Source: Pachysolen tannophilus NRRL Y-2460 (Eukaryota). Taken from it: a stretch of 64,000 nucleotides of DNA. Of this stretch, positions 32,912-43,745 are shown in pieces. The stretch lies in NCBI GenBank assembly GCA_001661245.1, contig KV454011.1, positions 960,426 through 1,024,425 on the forward strand. The letters are read 5' to 3'. The position numbers and the translations under genes are program-made. The notes beneath the pieces were generated by a model. That model was given only the letters and a program-made list of their open reading frames with translations, searched no databases and was not told where the DNA came from. Position 1 is the first letter of the stretch, and each line of letters starts with the position of its first letter.

Positions 32912-34858
32912 TTATTCTATACCCCTAACGACTACCCCTATATCATAAATTTGGCCTTTATGATCCCAAACTCCTAAAGCAGGTATATATTCCAGGGAGA
33001 GAGTTTCTTTGTGGTTTATTTTATCGCAAAGATTTTGTGTGAAAAGTATTGGGGTACTGTAAATTGTAAAATGTAAATTTTCATCTTCATCGAATAATTC
33101 GTATAATGCATCAAGTTCACCACTATTTTTGAAAAATAAAGTTGAGACTATGTAATTTCCATGGAATTTAATTAATGAATCTTGAGAGTTCAATTTTTCA
33201 GAAATAATTATTTGGGCGGTTTCTTGTTCTTCCTGGTTTTCATCATAATTATCTTGATCTTGGAAATTTTTATAGCTTAAACCTCCCCATTCAACAATTG
33301 CAGATGCAGGTAAATTTGTTACTTTGACTATGATTAAATTTGTTTTTTCTCTATTTTGTTGATATAACCCCCATGTTTTCAAGACATTTTTCAAGATATA
33401 ATCTTTTGTTATGAATGCTGTTATAGACAAGTTTTCTTGCATATTTATCAAGTTTTTAACAGAATCAAGGTGTTGCAATGACAAGACAGTTGATAATTTG
33501 CAATCATTGCAAATTAACATTGATGACGGTATCAACGGGATTTGTCCACTTAAGGTAGCAATTCCATTTTCAGCATCTATAATCGATTGGGAATAGGGTC
33601 CAATATTAGAAGGAGCCCAATAACTCCGACTTTGTATATGAATACCTCTCTTGGTTGTTAATGACTTCAAAACAGTTACTGATAATTGTAAATATGTGTT
33701 TTTTGGTAATATAGTTTCAATGCATATTCTGGAAGGAGGTAATGGTTTTTGGAAAAATTTTTTATAGATTGAATTTATTTGAGCAAAATTATCTATAGAT
33801 GATAATAAAAGTTGTGAACTCTGAATGTTTTCAAATGACAAATGGTATTTTTTCAAAATAGTTGACAATGTTTGAAAAATGTCCAAAACTTGTGATTCCA
33901 AATCTGGTTTCATAGATGTTAAGTTTGAAATGAAAATTACATTGCTAATTTCCTTTATCTTACTTTCTAGAGTTGTAACTTGGATCGAGTCATAAATAAC
34001 TTTCTCATTCTCAGTAATTTCTTCATCATCTAATTGATCAAATATATCTTGAAAATTTTCGCTCAAAACATTTGGTATTGTAACATGATTTTCCCAATCT
34101 TTAATCTCTGTGGGATTTTTATCAACTACTTTAACTTTTAATTTTAAATAATAAACATCATCATAGTTATCGCCATCTTTACATATTAAAGAATCAATAA
34201 TCTCCAATTTTTTTTTAAGGAAAAAAGGAGCATCCAAGACAATAGTTTCAAATTCACCACCTTCACCACATATATGAACGTCATATTTCAGATTTAAATC
34301 AACTAACGCAGGTAAAACTTGACTAATAGATTTCCCAAGATGCTTTTCATTCAACCCAATAGCAGCTACTTTAACTAATCTTGCATCTAAACCAGACAGA
34401 CACATCTCAGTCATCAACTCCAATTGATTCCTTTGCCACAAATACGATAAAGAAACTAGTCCCAATCTTTGACATACATCTTCAACTCTAGTCCTTTGAT
34501 ACGAGGAAAGTATTGCACCAACGCTCACAGCTTCTAAATCCGGATGTCTTGATTTCACCAAAGATAACAATTTGAACAAGTCTTCAATTTCATCATTTTC
34601 CGTCTTTGAATATTCTAATGCCTGATTCGTAGAGCTACCAACAATAGGCTGTCTATATAAGGGGACTTCACATAATTCTTCATAATAAGATATAATGTCA
34701 TGGCCCACAGTTTGGAACATAAATGAATCTAATTCATGCCGAGATTGATCTAATGGAAATAAGTTCCCAAGACAAATTAGTTCATGACCGTTTGCCAAAC
34801 AATGTAGAATATTGAAGAACGAATCCTTACCACCAGAAATCAATCCCACAAACTTCAT
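32912..34858 (-). CDS. DPH6: Diphthine-ammonia ligase with C-terminal RidA/YjgF domains
   Basis: Motifs LISGGKDS, DSFMFQTVGH, GAILSSYQRTRVE, CGEGGEFET and HIQSRSYWAPSNIGPYSQ. Confidence 0.96.
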   Translation of the reverse strand: MKFVGLISGGKDSFFNILHCLANGHELICLGNLFPLDQSRHELDSFMFQTVGHDIISYYEELCEVPLYRQPIVGSSTNQALEYSKTENDEIEDLFKLLSLVKSRHPDLEAVSVGAILSSYQRTRVEDVCQRLGLVSLSYLWQRNQLELMTEMCLSGLDARLVKVAAIGLNEKHLGKSISQVLPALVDLNLKYDVHICGEGGEFETIVLDAPFFLKKKLEIIDSLICKDGDNYDDVYYLKLKVKVVDKNPTEIKDWENHVTIPNVLSENFQDIFDQLDDEEITENEKVIYDSIQVTTLESKIKEISNVIFISNLTSMKPDLESQVLDIFQTLSTILKKYHLSFENIQSSQLLLSSIDNFAQINSIYKKFFQKPLPPSRICIETILPKNTYLQLSVTVLKSLTTKRGIHIQSRSYWAPSNIGPYSQSIIDAENGIATLSGQIPLIPSSMLICNDCKLSTVLSLQHLDSVKNLINMQENLSITAFITKDYILKNVLKTWGLYQQNREKTNLIIVKVTNLPASAIVEWGGLSYKNFQDQDNYDENQEEQETAQIIISEKLNSQDSLIKFHGNYIVSTLFFKNSGELDALYELFDEDENLHFTIYSTPILFTQNLCDKINHKETLSLEYIPALGVWDHKGQIYDIGVVVRGIE

Positions 34859-35061
34859 CTATCTATACTTCTCCTCTCTGTATTCGTCTTCAGGTTTTTA
34901 ATTAAAACCATCATTTTAAACTATATGAAAAATTTATGAAAAAAAAAGAGCCAAAAAAAAAAGCAAAAAATAATTTATGTACATAAACATTATTAAAGAT
35001 AAAAATATTAAAATAATAAATAACAAAAGACTTATTCAAATTCAAATAGTTGAGATAGACC

Positions 35062-36420
35062 ATGTCTCATATATTGTTTCCTGATCTAGATCGGCGATAT
35101 TATAATGAACAAGCTAATAAGTTGATACGATTAAGGGATAAGCTTCTTCACAAACCACCTTCTGTTGAAAACTGTAAGAGGCTTTTGTATGAGAAGAGAT
35201 TGAAGACTGATGTTGTAATTCATTCAGCCATGAGAAATTTAATAGAAGATGGAAGATTGGACTTGATTCCGAATGAACATTTGAAAATATTTGAACATGA
35301 TAATAAGTTGTTAATGGACGCTTTTGAATTGATAAATAATAATAACACATCGACCATAAATGTGTTAAGTGAACAGGACAGATTAAAGATAGTACAAATG
35401 GAGCAAAAGCAGCATGAGCAAGGGCCCCATTATGATAATAACTTCATTAGTAATAATGTAGATGAACCTGAAAAAACTCTTTTGCTCAATAAGACCGATG
35501 ATACTCCTGTTAATGACATTAATGACTTACAATACCAATTTGCTCAAGTACAAAGACATTTCTTAGGTATTCAACAGAATGAATTATTGCGGCAAGGTCA
35601 AAATTTAGACAGTCAATCGATTTCGAAGAATGTTTCTTTACCCGCAGCTAATGTGCCGCCAAAATCACTTCCACAAGTGCAACCACTACTTCAGAAAGGT
35701 AATACTTTATCTGTTCCAGTGGAGAATCGTTTTATTAATGAAAATAGTTTATTTCATTCAAACCAAATAATTTACCCTTACAGTATCAATAATGACCAAT
35801 TACTTGCTGGGCGAGCTCAAGGAATTCAAAGTCCCCAATATAACGTTGCTGGCACTAACATAAATTACTTTAACAATTTGCATAATGACTTTTTAGATGA
35901 AAATAATATGATCATCTTTAACGGATTTGAAGAAGATGACCACAATAACACAAATGGTATTCAATACTCGGCATATAATTCTAATCCATTGACGATGTAT
36001 GGAAACATTGAAGAAAATAAATTTAGATACAGATTGGCTAATAAAAGACAAATGATGGGATTTTCCTATCAGACCAACAATTTTCAGAATAACGATATTA
36101 ATAATAAGGTTAAAAAAAGGAAGCTTGTGTCGAGTGGAATACTACCTTATAGAGAATCTTCTGCTTCTATTCAAAATAAAGGACCCCCTTATCATAACGA
36201 TAGTAATAAACTTGATGCTGGTTTTATGCTGCAAGAAAATCATCAAGGTTTTTCTTACACAGACGCTAAAAAAGCTCGTATCAATAAGTATCCGTACTAT
36301 GGTAATAATAGAGGCAATTACTTTAAAACAGATTATAAAGGTGGAGATTACGAAGAATATAACAATAGTAATAATAACCAGGAAACTGGATCTTCTGGCG
36401 TTGGTGATCTCAATTACTAA
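35062..36420 (+). CDS. Hypothetical Asn/Gln-rich protein, 452 aa
   Basis: Long ATG-started ORF that fills the intergenic space; no family recognised; basic NLS-like KVKKRK. Confidence 0.75.
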   Translation: MSHILFPDLDRRYYNEQANKLIRLRDKLLHKPPSVENCKRLLYEKRLKTDVVIHSAMRNLIEDGRLDLIPNEHLKIFEHDNKLLMDAFELINNNNTSTINVLSEQDRLKIVQMEQKQHEQGPHYDNNFISNNVDEPEKTLLLNKTDDTPVNDINDLQYQFAQVQRHFLGIQQNELLRQGQNLDSQSISKNVSLPAANVPPKSLPQVQPLLQKGNTLSVPVENRFINENSLFHSNQIIYPYSINNDQLLAGRAQGIQSPQYNVAGTNINYFNNLHNDFLDENNMIIFNGFEEDDHNNTNGIQYSAYNSNPLTMYGNIEENKFRYRLANKRQMMGFSYQTNNFQNNDINNKVKKRKLVSSGILPYRESSASIQNKGPPYHNDSNKLDAGFMLQENHQGFSYTDAKKARINKYPYYGNNRGNYFKTDYKGGDYEEYNNSNNNQETGSSGVGDLNY

Positions 36421-36548
36421 ACTTTTCTTTTTAAATGTCATCTGAAAAATTAAATTACAATGTTTTTAAATAAATGCACAATAAAAGTTAATACATGATT
36501 TAGAGATACAGTCCTTATATATATGATATCTAATTTAGCTATTGTATT

Positions 36549-38841
36549 TTATTTAAGAAACTTTGAAAATTTGTGACGAATTTTATTTTTCTTAGCATCA
36601 CCTTTCTCGTTTTCATCAATATCTTCAGTAACTTTATTTTGTAAATGCAAATTTTTTGCTTCTGATTTTTTCTCCTTATCCTTTTTTTCATTCTTCTTAT
36701 CATGCTTTTCACGGTGATGGTCATGTTTTTTATCATGGACGTTTGATTTCTTTGCCTGCTCTTCTTCGTTCTCAAGCAAAAACTTTGGTGGAGGTTGTGT
36801 ATTTTTCAGAAGTTTATAATCATAATACAAATTCAATTCTTCTCTATTGTCGTTGTTTAGATTGATCATTTCGTTAACAAAATCCCTTGGAGTTATAAGC
36901 TCATCACTACCAACAATAACATCTTTGTTTAATCTATCGCTTAATTCGTAGCATGATCTTACTTCGGAATAAGTAACACCACCAGCGATAAAGTAAAATA
37001 TACGTTGTCTTGGTGGGAAATAATTCTTGTTACCATCCGTGGTTAATTTATTTTTGGCCCAGCTTGCCTTATGCTTTGGGTTTTTAAGGGAGATATTGCC
37101 ATCTGTCATGAATCCATTACCGTCTTGTGGATCATCTGCAAGATTCAATGGCTTGTCTTTAATATAGGGGAAAGTTGTTTCATCCAAAGTATTATTTAAA
37201 GCAGACTCAACAACGGTGTTTATAGCAGGTTTAAAACGAGATGTGTTAAATGCTCCCTCATTGTTAATATCATGATATGTTTCCTTGCGAAATCTTTTGG
37301 TTTTCAAATTTGGTTTTAATAATCTAAAGCCTAAATTTTCAAAATTTGCAAAAATTTTAAAAATTACTGGTTGTAATGGAGACATGTTAGCAAAATTTAA
37401 CAACTTTATTAAATCTTGTTCTATAAGGCCGCCTCTGAATAAAGCATAAATCAAGATAAATCTTAATTTATCTCCTTCTTTATAAATATCTTGCAGTAAC
37501 AACTCCAATAAAGCTCTTGTAACGGAAGATTTACCCAATTTTTCTCCATCGAAACCTATGCCGTTTGCCACACAATTCTGTTCAAAATCTGAGCTTTCAG
37601 CTAATTTTCTTTCATTATTTACTTTCAACAATTCGTCGATTAAAATTTTGTGTAATGTTATCCTTCTTCTTTCTTCATCGAAATTTTTCAAATGTGCAAC
37701 AATGAATAACAAATCTGTAGATGTGGAAGCATTAGACCTGTCCACCATCAATGGATTTTTCATAATTAACTCATTTACTTTAGATACCAATGTTTCAGAA
37801 GCTTCCAATATATGTAAATGTCTTAAAGAGACCCAGTCTTCATCCAAATCGTTTAATTTTGAAGTTTTGGTAATTTTTTCATTTCTTTCATTTTCAGCAT
37901 CATAAGTATATTCGTTATCATAGTACCCATTTTTGTTATTTGGGAAATCTATGAGATCAAAGCACATTGCCTGGTATGTGAATTCATGTAATAATGGAGA
38001 AAATAAATCAATTGTTCTATCTGTTATTATAAAAATTGATCTTGGTCTTTGATTTGTCAGAGGAGGAAAATCATTATGAGACCTAGCATATTCATCTAAA
38101 TCATCTTGAAATTTCTTTGCTATTAAAAATGGTAAAGTAGCTGATTCATTTATGGCATCTTTAGGGGAATAATACCTTATCATTGGATATTCACCAGTTA
38201 TAACACATAAATTTATCAAATTATTAACTGTTTGTTGTATCTGATGAGAAAGTATATCAATGCATGCTGGATTAAAGTATATTTCTAAAGAATTTAAATT
38301 ATCAGTGAAAAAAATTTGAGATTCCAATGGCATCAAATTTAAATAACAATTCTGCATCGAAACTAAATTATATTTCAAACTCTTATTAGACATGATTGAA
38401 TTTCTAGAAGTATCACTTATCCCAGGAAGAAGTAATAAATGACATTTCTTGTATCTATTAGGTTCCACTGTAAAATCACACAAGAGACAATTGATTGAAA
38501 ACTTTGTAGGCTCTAAAAAATAAATACCTTCAATTGAAATCTGAGTCTTCCTCTTTTTATCAACTCTTTCAACAGAAGTCACATACCTCAATAGAACATT
38601 CGGCTCCACAAGATAATGCAATATCTTCTCTGTCTTTTCGTCTATAATCAAGCATTTCAAATTATTCGAAGTTTTAATCGCCGATAATATATGCAAAAAA
38701 TCTATTAAAAATCATCATCATCATAATCATAATATTGTTAGCTAGCTAATTTTAACTTTCTGGCAAAAAGAAAAACAAAATAAAAGAAACAATATGATAC
38801 ATACATTGTTTTTGGAATTCAATCAAATTTGTTGCATTCAT
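36549..38841 (-). CDS. SEC1: Exocytic SM protein Sec1; 2 exons (38841-38805, 38701-36549)
   Basis: Intron GTATGT..AGCTAAC..TAG gives MNATNLIEFQKQYFLHIL, like the Sec1 start MSDLIELQRNYL. Motifs GEYPMIRY, LLHEFTYQAM, SRFKPA and FYFIAGGVTYSE. Confidence 0.95.
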
Positions 38842-39966
38842 TCTACCACCAGCAACTTAAATATAATCAATAAAATCCGCTTGATTAACGGATAAATATT
38901 ATTTTTAAAATACTAATAATTCTATAATTATTATTATTTCTATTATTACTATTATTATTATTACTATTATTATTATTATGTATTTTGTTGGAATTTTGCG
39001 CTTCATTTCAAGAATAGCCAAAAGGTAGTGTCTGCAAAACACAATTTACAAAAGAGGAAATTATTTATTATCTGCATTAAGCAGCAGGAATTGGAGCTTG
39101 AAAGGTAGCAAATGGGATCACCAAGTTGATTTTAGTTTAATTTAGTTTAGGTTAGTTTAATTCAGTATTAAAGGAAGAGGGGGGAGGAGAAGGAAAAAAA
39201 AAAAAAATAGTAAAAAAAAAGGACCCTTATTAGTTTGAAAGTGCAAAACGGTTAAATTAGGTCACTTTATAACAATAAATAAGTTTTATGTACTTTAATG
39301 CAAAAAATGTAACGGAAAAACAGGAGTCTCTCGCATCTCTCGCTTGTTTGTGGGTCTCTTTTTGTGTCACATAATTAATACAGTTGTGTTGGAGCCAGAG
39401 GTATGAGTTTGAAGTTAGTTTAGTTAAGGGTTTGCTCTTATTTAATTGGTGGTTTCCATGGCTCCAGAGAAGGTAGACGATTTAGGTTTACATAAATTGA
39501 TTACAAATTTGTCGTTATAATTTTTGTGCGGGATCTGTGTAACTTGTAATTTTTCAAAAAAATAATAACTCGGTAACATCGTGTTAAAGTTTATTCCACT
39601 TCTAACTTCCACCTTTAGGCACAACAAATGGATAGCAACGAGAGAAAGAGGAGGAAAATATTTCACCTTTTGTCTTTTTTCTTTTACAAGGAGACTTTTC
39701 TAAAAATATTTTCATAAATTGTGAATATGAATTATATAAATATAAATAGTTTTTTTTTTTTTTTTTAATTTTTTCATTTTATTTATTCATTCATTCAAAG
39801 TAGGCTAGTGTTCTTCCTAGCCTATTTATCTCTGTTTATCAAATAAATCAGGCAAAAACGATTGAAATATATTTTTTCCCCTTTTTGCTGTTTGCACCTC
39901 TCACATTCATTGGCATTAGTGTGGTAATAATACCTATAGTACTATATAGGAAGTATAAGATTCAAA

Positions 39967-42171
39967 ATGTCAGGTAGGTTATACAACTCAATTGAGTTGC
40001 AAATTTTTTTTTTTAAATTTCAAGTTTCCAGTAACTAACCCCATTTTATAGACATTTTTAGTACTCCTATTTCCACCGATGCTCCAAATTCCATGTTCAC
40101 CCAAAAAGCTCATCCTGTTTCAATTCCCTCGGGTATTACCGGCGACGATAAGGGTCTGTTGGGACCAGTTCAAACAAACAATTTCTTTACCAATTTTTTA
40201 CTTGGAGATGGTACTGATCCTGTTTATTTGGATCCTTATGTCGTTTGGAAAGACACAAGCAATAGCACTGTAACTTTGGCCATTAGCCATCAAACAGCTT
40301 CAGAAAGAACTTATGCACCAGGTGATAGTCCAGTTGAGTATTATTCAAATGCAGCAGGTGTTAATTCATTGGGATTAAGTGCAAGTACTTTTAGTTCAAG
40401 TACCACGCTTCAACTGGACACATTGACTAAATTTTCAATCAATGTTAATTTGGTCAATTCAGATACAGAATATATGTGGTGTCCTTTACTTCAAGGTATT
40501 GGTTTCATAACAGGTATTTATTACAATTTAACTCCACAAATTAATACAAATGTTGGAATAAGCTCAGTCTCAGGTGAAACTTCTCCAAAATCAGGGATTG
40601 ACAAATACTCAATTGCTTTGACAAATGGTAATACTTGGTTGATGTATGTTGTTGTTCCAGATGGACAAAGTATCAGCTTTGCAACTAGTGGTTCAGATAC
40701 TATTATTGGGTCAAATTCAGTTAATGGATGTGCTATTCAACTTTGTTTTGGAAATGATTCTAATTATGATACAGCAGCTGGATGTTATCCAGTATCCTGT
40801 GATCTCACAGGCTCTGTTAGTGGAACTACGGGTAGTTATTCTTTTAAATATACTACTGATGGTAGCTCAAATGGAGGTACCACTTTAATGTGGGCTTTAC
40901 CACATCATGTGGATTCTTTTACAAGTGATATGTCATCTAAGAAAACTAGTTTCACAATAGATTCACTTGTTAGCGGTACTATGACGGCTTATTTAACAAA
41001 TGAATTTGATTTAGAGGAAACCGATTTACCAACTTCTGTTTCATTTGATCCTTATACCACTATTCCAGGAAAATCTGCAGATTATACAGACGATGCTAAA
41101 ACTTCAATAAAAACTGCTGCAACTTCAGAATCCGGAGATGATGTTTCAAGTGCTTCTGATACAGATTCAATGTATACTTCTGGTAAGATCTTGGATAAAT
41201 ATGCGTATGTCTTGTACGTTATTTATTATATTTTAGAAGATTCCAGTTTGGCTAAAACATTTTCTAGTACTTTACAAACAGCAATGAATAGATTTACTGA
41301 AAATAAACAACAGTATCCATTAGATTATGATACAACTTGGAAAGGTATTGTATCATCTGCAGGTATGTCTGGTGATTCAAGTGCAGATTATGGTAACACT
41401 TATTATAATGATCATCATTTTCATTATGGTTATCATGTTCATGCAGCTGCTATTATTGCTAAAGCTGATAAAGATTTAGGTGGTAGTTGGTTAGCCGATA
41501 ATAAAGATTGGGTTACTACTTTAATCAGAGACGTTGCTAATCCGTCTTCTGAAGACACTTATTTCCCAGTTTTCAGAAATTTTGATTGGTTTAATGGTCA
41601 TTCATGGGCTCATGGTATCACTGCTCAAGCTGATGGTAAAGATGAGGAATCATCATCTGAAGATTACAATTTCTATTATGGTATGAAAATGTGGGCAAAC
41701 GTTGTTGAAGATACTGATATGGAAGCCAGAGCTAATTTGATCTTGGCAATAATGAAAAGATCTTTGAATGATTATATATTATATGAAGATGACAATACCA
41801 TAGAGCCAAGTAATTTCATTGGTAACAAAGTTTCAGGTATTATATTTCAAAACAAGATTGATCATACAACTTATTTTGGTACTGAACTTCAATATATTCA
41901 AGGAATTCATATGCTTCCAATAACTCCAATTTCTTCATATATTAGATCGCCAACTTTTGTTGAACAAGAATGGACTGAAAAATTGGCAAGTATAATTGAT
42001 AATGTTACTGATGGATGGAGAGGGATATTGATGTTAAACGTTGCTCTATACGATCCAGAAACTTCATACAATTTCTTCAACGGTTCTAGTTTCAGTACCA
42101 ACTACTTAGATGACGGTATGTCCAAGACATGGAGTTTGGCATATGGAGCTGGTGTTGGAGGAGCTTCTTAA
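39967..42171 (+). CDS. ACF2: GH81 endo-1,3-beta-glucanase without signal peptide; 7-nt first coding exon (39967-39973) plus 40052-42171
   Basis: Motifs YYNDHHFHYGY, DVANPS, DGKDEESSSED and YIQGIHMLP. Intron GTAGGT..AACTAAC..TAG restores MSDIFSTPISTDAP. Close to DPH6 and PUT1 as ACF2 is in S. cerevisiae. Confidence 0.85.
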
Positions 42172-42360
42172 AATTATATACTTCCTTGCCATTTTCCATA
42201 CATGAATTAAATCGTGTGTCAGCATCTTGTCGAGCAGATTTTTTTTTGTTCTTTAATTTTCAAAATAGAAGAAGAAGATATGATATATATATATATATAT
42301 ATATAAGTTTTAAATAAGTAAGAAATAATATATATATATAATAGGATTTTACAGAACAAG

Positions 42361-43398
42361 ATGATGAGAACTAGAATTAGCAAGTTTTCCTCGAGTGTAT
42401 TTATTAAAAGGACTTTATTCAAACCGGTATTTATCAGTAATAACAGTAGTAGTGGCTACAGGTTCAACTCTTCTTTGAAGGAAGATTCAACCAACGATTT
42501 TCAAATAAAAACTAATGGATTGAACAATTGGAATACAAGAAGAGGCAAGAATTATGAATCTCTTGAAGTTAATAGTAAAATCTCTCTTTTAAGAAGTGTT
42601 GTACCGAAATCTGCAACCAGCATTTTGTTTAACAAGCATATTATTAGATATCTTCGTTCTACGTTCAAGATTGACGTAGATCTTGCTATTCAAGATGAAA
42701 GATTACCTTTTAGGATTTTGTCTATTCGGTTACCTTCAAGTGAGTTAGGAGATATTGGAGTTGTTTTATCTAAACTTATTAATGGGTATCCAATTAGTGA
42801 TGAAGTTGAAATAATTAAAGAAATTAAATATGCAAGAAAACCAAATTTTGTTGTCAAGAGTTATTTCTTGTACCCTAAACAATTTATTGAAGATTTATCA
42901 AAAGATTCTGAGTTATTACAAGAGTTGATTGATACTAACAAATGTCTAATAACTAATCTGGGTGAAACAGATGAAGTATTGGTTGATATTAGAAAAGAAT
43001 CAATAAGAGATTTTTTCAGTGTTATTGAGTCTGCATCGCAAGAACCTCATTATTTAGACTTGTTAAATAAAAAAAATGTAACCTCTGATTCTGATTTCAA
43101 ATATTTTAACTGCCTGGAAGATTCCGAATCTTTAGTATTCGAAAAAATTGATAAATCATTTGAAGAAGCAACACGTATTTGTGGTAAAGGATTTAACAAT
43201 AAGAGAAGAATTGAGTTTGGATCCTTGACTGGAATGTATTTTACAAATTTTGCTCCAGAGAAAACAGTCACTATTGATCTCATAGGGCCTTCAACACAAC
43301 ATATTGAGAAGGCCAAACTGGAAATTGAAAAATCTTGTGAAAGGTATAGATTTTATCAAGCTAATGGTAACGCTAATGGAGGCAGAAATAATAACTAA
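42361..43398 (+). CDS. Hypothetical protein with mitochondrial-presequence-like N-terminus
   Basis: 345-aa ORF; R/S/F-rich N-terminus lacking acidic residues and ending YRFNSS; family not recognised. Confidence 0.7.
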   Translation: MMRTRISKFSSSVFIKRTLFKPVFISNNSSSGYRFNSSLKEDSTNDFQIKTNGLNNWNTRRGKNYESLEVNSKISLLRSVVPKSATSILFNKHIIRYLRSTFKIDVDLAIQDERLPFRILSIRLPSSELGDIGVVLSKLINGYPISDEVEIIKEIKYARKPNFVVKSYFLYPKQFIEDLSKDSELLQELIDTNKCLITNLGETDEVLVDIRKESIRDFFSVIESASQEPHYLDLLNKKNVTSDSDFKYFNCLEDSESLVFEKIDKSFEEATRICGKGFNNKRRIEFGSLTGMYFTNFAPEKTVTIDLIGPSTQHIEKAKLEIEKSCERYRFYQANGNANGGRNNN

Positions 43399-43592
43399 CA
43401 AAAAAAAATTATCCGCCGTAGACAAAATGCGCATTGAAATGTATACAATAAATGCGCATTGAAACACGCATACTGGACCAAAACAGCGTAGCGCACTTAC
43501 AAAAAATTACAATGCGCAGTTAGAGCGCAATATATGGAAACAGCGCACGCATTTTAAAATTTTTAAATTTTNTTTTTTTTTTTTTTGCGCAA

Positions 43593-43603
43593 AAAAATTT
43601 TCA
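43593..43603 (-). promoter_or_regulatory. RRPE element upstream of LTV1
   Basis: AAAAATTTTCA (reverse complement TGAAAATTTTT) about 150 bp upstream of a ribosome-biogenesis gene. Confidence 0.6.
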
Positions 43604-43745
43604 CTTTTCTGTACATAGTTAAACAGTAGTAGTAATAGTTAAGTAGTAGTAGTATTAGTTAGTAGTAGTATTAAATAATTATGGCATATATATATTAAAT
43701 CGTTAAATACAATAAAAGAACTTGATATTTTTCAGTATTGTGGAG

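Noticed and set aside
39801..39824. Hairpin TAGGCTAG-N8-CTAGCCTA upstream of ACF2
   Set aside because: A single 8-bp stem with no supporting ncRNA or transposon features; it could arise by chance.
39861..39977. Hydrophobic reading frame upstream of ACF2 as a possible signal-anchor exon
   Set aside because: It has no ATG and is out of phase with the spliced frame at the 39974 donor.
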